A stretch of DNA of 64,000 nt, taken from contig JAHLWZ010000805.1 in assembly GCA_020536535.1 (NCBI GenBank), positions 62,001-126,000 on the forward strand, written 5' to 3'. This document shows, piece by piece, positions 45,953 through 56,100 of this stretch. Both the position numbers and the translations under genes were made by a program. Position 1 is the stretch's first letter, and each line of letters opens with the position of its first letter. The notes below the pieces were generated by a model. It worked only from the letters and a program-made list of their open reading frames with translations, did no database searches and was not told the DNA's origin. The stretch is from Pelomyxa schiedti. Lineage: Eukaryota; Protista; Evosea.

Positions 45953-47686
45953 ATGCAAGACATACTGGACGCGACGGGGGCGGCAGTGAAAGGTACATTC
46001 AATCAATCTCGTGCTACAAGTGACTGTGCCTTTACTCTGTTTTTTCACTGTATTTTGACCCTCTGTACCTTTTTTTTTTTGTTTGCAAGCCAACAAACAC
46101 AAAACCAAAAAGGAGTTGTCAATGTTATTTCCTCGGTTACCCACACGAGCGGCGCCGATTCTTCTTCTCCCACAAGTAGTCCTTCCACAGAAGAGCGCAG
46201 CCGCGACATAAGGATGTGCGCAACCGACCTCGAAAACTCTGACGGGAGGCTCCAAGAGCTAATTGTGGCCACGAAGCAGTTCGAGGTCCTCCTGGTCAAG
46301 ACCCAGAAGGAAGGATTCGCCAAGATCGCCCAGATGGAAAAGGAGTACATGACATACCTCCAGACTCAGTTCAAGACCGTCACACTGCAATTCGACGCCG
46401 CGGTCAAAAAGCAGGCCGCGGAAGCCGCGAAGCAGCGCGAGAATCTCGAGCGCGTTCGCGCCGTCGTCCACGCGTCCGCCGCGACGGCCGCGGCGATCTC
46501 GGCCCCGACGTGCGACGACGCGGCCGCCGACGAGGGCCTCAAGAACCTCAGGGCCGCGTTGGTGGAGTCAAAGTCCATCGACGTGATCAAATCCGCTGAG
46601 ATGCTGCAGTCCCTGCCGCAAATCGTCACGCCGTCGAAGCCTGGTGAGGACTGGGTCAAGGCCATCAAAGATTTGGGGACTATAGCCAACGTCACGAGGA
46701 CAATCACGATCACGAACCGGCGCGGCGTCACCGTGCAGCAGATACTAGATTCAGTCCCTCAGCCTTGCGATCTTCCGGCTGGGAACCCTGACACCCACGA
46801 CGGCGGCGCCTGCTTCGACGCCGTGAGGAGGCAGGTCTTCTCCGTGCACGGAAACGTCAATTATGGGAGGGACGTTTTCGTATTATCTCTGGCCGACAAT
46901 TCCTGCCAGCACCTTCCGGATTTGGTACCGTTCTCCACTCATGGGCAGTATCCAGTCTGGGACCATGGCAACTTTGTTTATGTATTCGAGTGTGAGAGTG
47001 GAACATTCAACAGATGGGGCCGAATCAACTGTACCACTTTCGCATTTGAGGAGCTACCGTCAGCTAAATTCAGCTTCTGCAGGTTCTGCCAGTTTGTAGT
47101 CGATCCAACGAGGAGGGGCCTGCTGGTGATTGACAACGCGTTTTTCTTGCGCGAGTGTAACCTGGATACTTTGCAGTGGAGCGACAAGATTGGCAAAACA
47201 TCACCCTTTGATGGAGAGGGCAAAGGCTTGTCATACTCTTTTGGTGCCGCCAGTCTCCTTGGGTGCTGGGGGCCTGGCTGTTTCCAAGTGAGTGCCATAT
47301 ATGGGAAAAGTGAACTTGCCGGTAAAATGGCTACCGTCGCGGTGACAAAAACTGGTGGTTCAGGCAAGCCCGCTGAATATTCAGTCGCCATAAATAACCT
47401 CCCTGGCATGGAGTCTGTTGGAACGTATAATATTACCCGCTGCAGAGTCACTACAGCGATTCCGGGCCTCCGAGGCCAGTTCATCCCAATAGTACAGGGA
47501 ATTGCTTCTGACAGGAAATTCTATATCTGGGATCCCGAACAGAAGGCGGACAAGAAACTGTGGACACCCCTCTCATGGACCAGCACAAATGACGGTGCTC
47601 ACACCTTCTGGGATGAGGACACAGGCCGTTTCTACTTCCAGACCAACGGCCAAAATACTTGGAATTTTGTGCAACTTAGGGTGTGA
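45953..47686 (+). CDS. Coiled-coil plus beta-propeller-like (kelch/NHL-like) hypothetical protein; long uninterrupted ORF
   Basis: 577-codon open frame; helical heptad region (LQELIVATKQFEV..AAKQRENLERVR) followed by repeated beta-strand motifs (ACFDAVRRQVFSVHG, PVWDHGNFVYVFE, TFWDEDTGRFYFQ). One small 5' intron is possible. Confidence 0.6.
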   Translation: MQDILDATGAAVKGTFNQSRATSDCAFTLFFHCILTLCTFFFLFASQQTQNQKGVVNVISSVTHTSGADSSSPTSSPSTEERSRDIRMCATDLENSDGRLQELIVATKQFEVLLVKTQKEGFAKIAQMEKEYMTYLQTQFKTVTLQFDAAVKKQAAEAAKQRENLERVRAVVHASAATAAAISAPTCDDAAADEGLKNLRAALVESKSIDVIKSAEMLQSLPQIVTPSKPGEDWVKAIKDLGTIANVTRTITITNRRGVTVQQILDSVPQPCDLPAGNPDTHDGGACFDAVRRQVFSVHGNVNYGRDVFVLSLADNSCQHLPDLVPFSTHGQYPVWDHGNFVYVFECESGTFNRWGRINCTTFAFEELPSAKFSFCRFCQFVVDPTRRGLLVIDNAFFLRECNLDTLQWSDKIGKTSPFDGEGKGLSYSFGAASLLGCWGPGCFQVSAIYGKSELAGKMATVAVTKTGGSGKPAEYSVAINNLPGMESVGTYNITRCRVTTAIPGLRGQFIPIVQGIASDRKFYIWDPEQKADKKLWTPLSWTSTNDGAHTFWDEDTGRFYFQTNGQNTWNFVQLRV

Positions 47687-47855
47687 GTCTGCAATAAGTA
47701 ATTTTTTTTAATTCTCGGGAGTTTTTTTTGGTACATATGTTTAGAATCCGTCAAATGAGTTATTATTGAACCACTATTGGTAGGATTAGAGGTGTGAAGG
47801 AACGAGAAAGGAACATACGGGGAATACGTCTTCGTCAGGGTTTGAAGGTTGGTTG

Positions 47856-48909
47856 TTACCTTCTTGTGTTGACAGTTGTGTTGGTGCCCGTTTCCTCTGA
47901 AAATACAAAAGTTAAATCATCACAAAGGGCGGAAATGCAAACCTCACAAGGTACCCATTTGAATAAAGTGAGATGGCCACATTTGACCCAACGTCTTTCC
48001 CACTGTAATTCCGTAAACATAAATTTAAATCATCACACCCCACCCCACCCCGGTCTATGAAGTAGTCGTTGCACACACCCTTTGGATAGAGATAGCTTTT
48101 GTTCCGTCGCCAGCCGGGTGGTATTCCACATCAAGAATCCCAGCCGAAATAGGTTCCTCAATGGAATTAGGCACTATACACAGCGGCGCTGCATCGTTGC
48201 CGTTATTATGGGTGTTGTTGTGGCTGCTGCTATTCACATTGGCTACATGTGCTAATGCCAGTGGTGGAGTGCGAGTAGTGCTTAAACTACATTGTGGGGA
48301 GACGGCATTAGCCGGTTGCTGTTGCTGCGTTGATGAACTTGTGTTCGTGGGCGTGGTGGTCGTTGACAATGGGCTCCCTCGCGGCGTCTGTTTGTTTGAT
48401 GCTCGTTTTGCTGCTGCTGCGGCTGCTGTTGCTGCTACTTTTATTAATACAGGCTGTGATGGATTCGGGACTGCAGAGGAATGTGTATCATCCACAACAC
48501 AGGTCTCCTCACCACTACTGTTACCACTGCTGCCTTTAGTTTTGGTTGTGCGTATGCTGATTTTGCTGTTGCTGTTTATAACACTATTAGTACAGCTTTG
48601 CGGGCGTCCCCCCTGCTGCAGTTGCTTTTCACATTTCGCAATCACGTCGCATCGCGGCAATTGCTGGCATTGCAACTGAGACGGCGAGTGCGATTGCGAT
48701 TGAGATGGAGATTGGGATTGAGGCTGAGGCTGCTGTCGCCTGTAGCGCTTTGTCGCGGGCTCCCTGGGCGTGATTGCGTCGGGCAGCCCGAGTCGGCGAC
48801 TTGGGGGCGCAGACGCCGCCGCGTTGGTTGCGGCGGGGGGAACGTGCTGGAGCACGAGTTTGGCGGCGGCTCCCCCGTGTATGACGACGTGGGCGTGGCC
48901 AGACGACAT
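47856..48909 (-). CDS. Low-complexity protein with a C-terminal BCL7-like motif
   Basis: The phase-0 splice after KAISIQR joins to WERRWVKCGHLTLFKWVP (exon 48002-47948), resembling BCL7 [20 protein letters not shown]. Confidence 0.55.
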
Positions 48910-49243
48910 AAATAGTGGGCGACGAGAGGGTGGGTGGGTGGGGCGCTCGCGTGTGTTATGGGGTTTGGTATTGGCGTTGGTATTGGCGGGCAACGGAGGG
49001 CAGTGCGTTTGTTTAATAAATATGCCACACTCGGACGTTGGTGCAACGACGTCTGGAGGGACGATTTGATTGGAATTGGAATCAGAAAATCATCATCTGT
49101 ATCAGGAGTGGGATCTCCTTTCCAGGCAGCACGAGTCACACGCCCTCGGGTGCATTGACCATCTCCCTTCGAGAGAACCTGCAGCGAGATCCCTCCCCAT
49201 TCATCCAATCTAGAGAGTTGCGCCCCCCATACTCAGTTGTGGA

Positions 49244-50239
49244 ATGGCCTCGCAGTCACAGTCGCAGGAGGACAGCTCGGCCGAGTTCGAGTCCCCAGAA
49301 AGCCAACGTAGGAGGGAGCAGGAGAGGCAGCGGTCGCGTGCGCCGAGCGCGTACGATGCGATGAGGAGGGCGTGCTTCAACGAGGTGTTTGCGCCCGAAG
49401 TTTTGCCGTACAAGGTGGACGTAGTGCTTCCCCTAATTGAAAAAATCGGCCAGCTGGTGTGCACTCCGTTTTTTTTTTTTTTTTTTTGTGTACCTTCCCA
49501 TCATTGTTGTTCTAAGTAATGAAGTGGTGTTGCTTGTCCACAAACTACTATTCATATAATAAAATATATTTAATTTAACCCAACCAAAAGGAAGATTTAT
49601 GTAAAAATGTCAACGACCAAAGATTGTCAAGTGTTTATGAGCTAGATATTGAGCGAGCAAAGTATCTATTGTTGTTGTATCATAAGACCAGACTATTAAA
49701 GGCATGTAAATTCTCTTTCCGTGGTTTCTGTTTCCATCTTACACCCACACAAAAAAAGAAAGATTGAAAAATTCTTCCTCCATTATAGTGTGCACAATGA
49801 AAACCTCTCCCCTGAGGAGGTGGCTTTTACGACACGGTTTGGTTTCAAGTTAAAATAACATGCTTTTGAGATTCTTATCAAAATTAGATTTTGTACACTT
49901 GTGGATACACATTTGAACAAATCATTCTTGCAACACATAGGCCCCAATGCCGACCAGCTGTCTAATTTGGTAAAGCGTGCGTAACCATCTCTTCTCTCTA
50001 TCCACTTCTGATGACTTTTTAGCGCCAACACCCAATCTAAATCACCACGTTTTTATCCATGTTTGTAAGTCTCTCTCTGCTCATATTGATGTTGGAGGGT
50101 ATTGCCCCACCTTGAGCTTTACAATCAATTCTCAAACCGAAACAGGAAAGACATTCTTCTTATCCAAGGTGATATTCACGTTGTTCCCTACCACTGTATA
50201 GCCCACCTCCTATCAACTGAAGAAGTTGAGCTTATATAA
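49244..50239 (+). CDS. GINS4: GINS complex subunit Sld5
   Basis: ACFNEVFAPEVLPYK, ELDIERAKYLLLLYHKTRLLK|IEKFF, LSPEEVAF, PTPNLNHHVFI, GDIHVVPYHCIAHLLSTEEVELI-stop. Confidence 0.85.
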
Positions 50240-50292
50240 CAAACAAACCAAGCGGTTTTTCCCTAAGAAAATTCTCTGAGAGATGTTCCTTT

Positions 50293-50314
50293 TCCCATAA
50301 AAATTATCCCACAA
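50293..50314 (+). promoter_or_regulatory. Tandem upstream elements TCCCATAA (50293-50300) and TCCCACAA (50307-50314) of the U2 snRNA gene
   Basis: Both fit WCCCAYAA (Dictyostelium DUSE consensus). The second starts 64 nt upstream of the U2 5' end, the spacing known for DUSE; the core also resembles plant USE TCCCACA. Confidence 0.55.
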
Positions 50315-50370
50315 TTCTGCTCGCTACCTCGTCGAGGTATTTCCGAGACAAGGGAGGAGTTGGAGACTTC

Positions 50371-50560
50371 ATACCTTCTCGGCCTTTTGGCTAAGATCAA
50401 GTGTAGTATCTGTTCTTTTCAGCTTAATATCTGAAAGCTGCCCATTGGGTAGCATCGATATTAAACTTATTTTTCGTGGGGTCGCCGGGGGCGTCCTCTT
50501 GGTGGTGGGGCTTGCTCCGCCGTCAAGTTGGGTGCCCTCCTGATTGCCCAGGCACTGCAC
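50371..50560 (+). ncRNA. U2: U2 spliceosomal snRNA
   Basis: ATACCTTCTCGGCCTTTTGGCTAAGATCAAGTGTAGTATCTGTTCTTTTCAGCTTAATATCTGA is the near-invariant U2 5' end with branch-pairing GTAGTA (50403-50408); Sm-like ATTTTTC at 50469; 3' stem GTGCC...GGCAC enclosing ATTGC. The 3' end is approximate. Confidence 0.95.
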
Positions 50561-50701
50561 TGCCGCCTCGTGTGGTCAGCCCCACATTCCAAGAAAAAGA
50601 AAAACCACGGAATTTGATGATCACAACGGCAACGAAACGACACGAAAGGAGTGCACACTTGAACAAATTTACACTCAACAAAGTGGGTCACAAACGAAGA
50701 A

Positions 50702-51976
50702 ATGAGTAAAGAGGCCACGGTGGTGCGGCAGGAGAAGATCGCCGGGGTTTTGGCGGTAATTGGGGTACCAACGGTGGTGTGGTTTATATGGGGCGCTGTG
50801 AAATTCGGGCGCCGGAGGGCGCAGTTTGGGTCTGCCCCGGCGCAGCTGGAGGACTTCTGGATGGCCGTGGCGGCTATGTTGGTGATTATGGGACTGAGGA
50901 CGGCCTTGTCGGTGTTCGTGACGAGGAGGGCTGCTGAGAGGTTTGTTGTAAAGCAGCCTGGCTGGGACGAAAACCAATTGGCGGAAAGGAGGGTATGAGT
51001 CTCTATTATGGGTTGTTATTGTGGTGCTAATTGTGTAATGGTATTTGGGTGAATTGGTTTCGTTTGATTTGAGATTGCTTAATAGCTGGAATAGGAAAAG
51101 TTCCAGCATTGTGTTTTTCAGTGTCTATTCTACACTGCTTCCACATTGTTTGGGTGGTGGACTTTGGTGGATAAGTCTTGGGTCCCAGGGATTATCGTTC
51201 CTGGCGCAACTGGTGATGTGGACAATTGTTGGACGAACTTCTTTGATCAAGAAAATAATTTCCTGTTGGTAGGTAATTTGTCCTTTTCTTTGCCCAATCT
51301 CCATCATACAAGGTCCATGTGGTCGAGAGTTGCCCAAGTAATTTAATATTATCTAGGTGAGGTTGTACTATATGATTTCTCTGGGATACTCAGCACAATC
51401 TCTGGTATACCTCATCCTACGTAAACACCGCCGTGATTTCCTGGAAATGGCTATTCATCACGCCTTGCACAGTGGCCTCATTATTTATTCCTTCCTGCAC
51501 GGATACATCAGAATCGGCACACTTGTTCTCGCAGTGCATGACATAAATGATATATTCATAGCTTCTTGCCGATCTCTGAGCGAGGCCGGCTACAAGAAGG
51601 TTCTACGAAGATGGCTTTTTATTACCAAATAACCCACCCCAAAAAGGCCGGCTTTGTATCTTTCTTCCTGCTGATAACATCATGGGTGTGGTTCCGGTTG
51701 TTCCTATTCCCAGCCTATATAATACACAATACCATGTTTGTGGCCTATGATCTAGTGCAGTTGGCGTTTCAAAAGAATAAAAGCCCTATCCAGAATGAGG
51801 GCTATGCATTGTTCAACTTCATGCTCTGTGGGCTTCTCGTTCTTCACTTCTTCTGGTTCTTCATGTTTCTCAGAATGGCCTACAACATGGTCAACAAACT
51901 CAATTGTGACGACGAGATCAACGTACCAAAGAACTCACAGCCGACAGAGCAACCCGAAACCAAAAAAACCAATTGA
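50702..51976 (+). CDS. Ceramide synthase (TLC domain, Lag1/Lac1 family)
   Basis: Lag1 motif RRDFLEMAIHHALHSGLIIYSFLHGYIRIGTLVLAVHDINDIF; SWVWFRLFLFP; LCGLLVLHFFWFFMFLRMA. Confidence 0.9.
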
Positions 51977-52262
51977 CTTCAAACACCTATCAGGCACAAA
52001 AAAGAGACAGTGTTTGACTCTGGAAGTGAAAGTTTATTATTGTTTCACAAAATATTTTCATTTTGGCCCCTCTATTTGTTACCAACAAACATTTAATCTT
52101 AAAAAGGGTTGGAAGTATCAGCAGAAACGGCTGCATTGAGGTTGTCCCATGAAACAGAACAAGGGTACTCGCATGCATGTGTGGCAGCACACAACTTGGA
52201 TGCTTCTACACAGTGCGTAAGGTGCAAGGAAAAAAATCTAGAGGGGAAGGTGAAGGAAAAGG

Positions 52263-53055
52263 TTACACACTCTTGAGCCAAATTCTATCCTCCAGGTGGG
52301 GTGAGGCCACTATGGTTTTGAACTCAGAGTCGCTCAGCCGGGTCATCTCGCATTCAACAAACTTGAATTCCTGCCGAAATAGAGTGTTTGCAATCCCCTC
52401 TGCGGTTCGGCATGGCTGGGCCAATTCTGTGTGGCAGCATCGTTTGGGAAGCTTGTGGCCTGTCCCCATTCCAAGCACACCGGCGTGGAAGAATGCGTTG
52501 AAATCCTTGAACACTTGCTCTGTTTTTTTCTCTGGGTCTCCTGGTCTGTGAGTGGGTTTGCGTTTGTAATTGGCACCATAAAAAGCATACACTAAGGCTG
52601 AGAATCTCATCAGGCAGCTTCCATTACAGACAATCTCTTCACCAGATAACTTCCATGTTCCTCTTGCTAAGGCACACAGGTAGGTGTTTCCATTCCTGTT
52701 AAACCTCAGATATCAGGGGAAAAAGGATGACTGTTTACGATTAAAGGAGTTGAACAATATAAAGAAATGTGGGTAATGGAGTGGGAAATGGTTGTAATGA
52801 TATATCTTTATCATATATGAAAATGTTTTTCTTTATTTTATGTTTGCGGTTATTGCTGCCCCATAAGTAGACTCACAAAAAAAAGACACACCAAGAGGAG
52901 CTCTCGAACATCTCAAAGTTCTTATCGGTGCCATCATCCCTTAGCACCAACAGAATCCCGTGGCTGCGGTCCCCCTTCTGCGAAACGTGCTTCCACGCAC
53001 CGCCCCTTGAACCGGCGCCCCCCGTTGCCGATGCAGACGATTCGCTTCCTCCCAT
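52263..53055 (-). CDS. Small hypothetical protein with an N-myristoylation-like start
   Basis: MGGSESSASAT..FEMFESSSW|NGNTYLCALARGTWKLSGEEIVCNG..; GT-AG intron and a CpG-rich 5' end; no family recognised. Confidence 0.45.
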
Positions 53056-53169
53056 AACAGATAAACGTCGTATCACTTTCTGCTTTGTTTTTTTTCTTTT
53101 TCAATCTGCAGGTTTTGATGAGTGACAGGGTGGCCGGAAGTTTGTTGTGTCGATCACCCTTCCTTTCAT

Positions 53170-56100
53170 GTCGAATAGATAGATCTGGAGTCAGTATATG
53201 TACCTCCTGTGGTGGATCTATCGCGGTTGAGTGCATCGTGAATGCAGAGGAGTAGCGGGAAGAAAACACGGGCTTTAAGCCCGCTTTGACAGGGTCCTGT
53301 CCACACTGAAACTAACACCGAAATTTCCTGGGGCAATGAAGTTGCTTTTTTCTGAATGTCACGCTGCATTTTGATCAACCTCCAAAAATTTGCGCAAGTG
53401 CTCTTTTGCTATTATCTTAATGCCTCCTGATCATCAGTCTAACACAGGCCACACGCCGCGGGAAGAACTTGATTTTTGGTGTCGAGGGTGACTTTTTCTC
53501 CAGTAGTGATGAGGGACTTCATTTTGGATATCATCTCCTTGGGAACCTCGATTCCGGGGAAGTTCCTGTGATTTTGTTTGTGTTTCTGGTTGGGGAGACT
53601 GGGCACTTACTTGTCTGGTCTGAAGTGGACTACCAGAGTGGCAACTTGGCTGGGAGAAAGTACTCCAAATATGCTGCTGCTGATGGCCAAGTCCAGAATC
53701 TGAGGGTCCAGCATGAGCACACTCGCTGCTTGCTTGCAGTGTTTCAAGAAGAGCCTTGATTCAAAAGGATTAAGAAAAGTTAGGGAAAAAGCGGGCCATG
53801 GGGGAGAAGCTGGAGGAATTGTTGCCTTTTTTGTTATTGCGCTGTGTTTTGTTGTGGTTTTTGTTTTGAGGGAGGATAGATACGCTGCTTCGCGGAATAT
53901 GCTGGTTGCTGACAAGTCCTCAAGTTGGGATAGACTCAATTTGACTTGGAACCCAATATTACAAGTACCTGTGGGTGCACATTACATTAAATCGATGAAT
54001 GATACTGAAGGCATACAAAGTTCAGGGTGAGTGATGATGTGATTAAATACACGTGCATTAATCCAGTAGTACACTTGACAGAAAAATTGTATACAAATGG
54101 CCTTTGGGAGGGCCAAATTAGAGTTGTGTGCAAGTTCTGCTAATGTGGAAAAGAGTGTGGGAGCCCCCCTGAAGAGAAGTCACAATAAAGAGAGGGTTTT
54201 TTTGTGTTGGTTACTTGATAATGGAACGCCTATCCCCTTTACTAAAGAGAGCCATGTTTTGCTCAAATATCGAAGGAATAACAAGGGGTTTCAAAACCTG
54301 GCGTGCGTTACGACGATTTTGAGATAGACCAACAAATATTAACTTTCTTCGTTTGTTTCAGGAGATGAGAGTACTGCGCGTAGAGAAGACGAGAGAATTT
54401 GTGCAGATAAGGCGGACTATTATCAGGAAGAGCCTCAGTAGGGTAAATAAAATGCACACAGTGAGATGAGCTAAGGAAGAAATTAATTCTGGTATGAAAT
54501 GAGTTTCTTCTAACCTGGGTGGATTCTTTAGAGTACTGTGGATGGATTGAACGATAGTCCAAGTAACAGCGAGGGAGGACATAGATTTAATTGGAACATG
54601 ATCCTCAGCGGATTTCATCCACTTAAAAACCAGTCATAACAGTAAAGCAGTAAAGGATCATACCCCTTCAATTGCCTGGAAAATTAAACTATTCTCTTGT
54701 TGTACCTCTGAAATATCAGCCTCCTTTTGACGTCCCTCTTGCGCCTGAGCTCTCAAATCTCTATTCTGAGTTTCTAGTTCCTTAATGCGAGCGGAAGAAC
54801 TTTCACTCTCTGTGTGAATTTGTTTTGAGAGAGCTTCAAGATCACTTTTCTGGGACTGAATAAGTGCCTGCTGACTTTGCAGTTCTTCCACGTGTTTTGC
54901 AGTTTTGAGTTCCATATCCTTCTGAGTGGTTTTCCAGCCCTCTCTTTCAGTCTCTAGAACCTTGTTCAGTTCATGAAGCTCCTTCTCGAGGTTCTTCACC
55001 TTTCCGTGTTCTGTTGTTGTTGTAGCTTCCGTATCGTCTTTGGCCTTCTTTAGTTCCTTCAACTCACTGCGGAGCTGGACTTCTTTGGCTTCCGCTTCCT
55101 GTCGTGTTCTGTGTAACTCCTGGATTTCCGAAGCCAGTTGTCCCTCTCTTGCTTGGAGTTGTTGGATTGCTCCGTTCAATTCGACTATTTTCTTTTCGTA
55201 CTCTTTTTCCTTGAATCCCATTTCATTTGTTTGTGAAGAAACTTTTCCCAATGAAAGTTCAAGTTCTTCTGTTCTCTTCTTCATTTGATGGACTTCATTA
55301 TCCGCATTTGTTTTGACAGTGCTCAACTCTTCCTCCAGTTTTGTAACTGTTTCTTCCAATCTTGAAATTTTTTTGGAGGCGTTTTCTTCCCTTTGTTCCA
55401 ATTCTGCTGAATGCGAGGTTGACCGCTCGAGGTTTTTAGATACCTCCAGGCAATTATGCTTCTCGTTCTCTATGTCACGTTCCAATTGCGCAATCTTGTT
55501 TGTTGCTTCCTGCTCTTTCTGCTGGGATTGTCCCAGATTTGCGGAAGTAGTTTTGTTTTCCTCCTCTAGTTCACTAACCCGTGCCTTGAGCCGTTGAGTT
55601 TCTCTCATCATTTCTTGGGCCTGAGATTCTGCTTGTTGGGTTCCTGCTTCTATTTGTAATCTATTCACCGCTTTTTCCTCTTCTAAGGAGGCAGTGAGTT
55701 TCCTTATCTCTGCATTAAGCTGTGTAATCCTTTCCTTTGTCTCGGTAGCTGCTTGTTCCTTGGTAGCTTTTTCTTGCTTCAATTCCAACTCCAGTTCTGT
55801 GAGCCGTTGCTGAAGTTGTTGTGTCTTCTCTTTATCATGTAAAAGTTCCTCGGACTGGGTTCGGAAATTTGCTTCAAGTTTCTTCAACTGAGCTTCCAAG
55901 TCTTCCACATTGTGCTGCAATTGTTTCCCATGGTCCTTTTCTGATTTGCAGTCTTCTTCAGATTTCTTCAGCTTCCCTTCCAGCCTTTCGATTTCCTCAC
56001 ATCGGTGCTGTAACTCGGTCGCTTTGTGCCCCAATTCGGCTTCAATCCGTCTGTTTTCAGTGTCTTTTTGCCGAACCTCTTCCTGGTGTTGTGTCTGCTC

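Noticed and set aside
50369-50560. 63-aa minus-strand ORF
   Set aside because: It is the reverse complement of the U2 snRNA.
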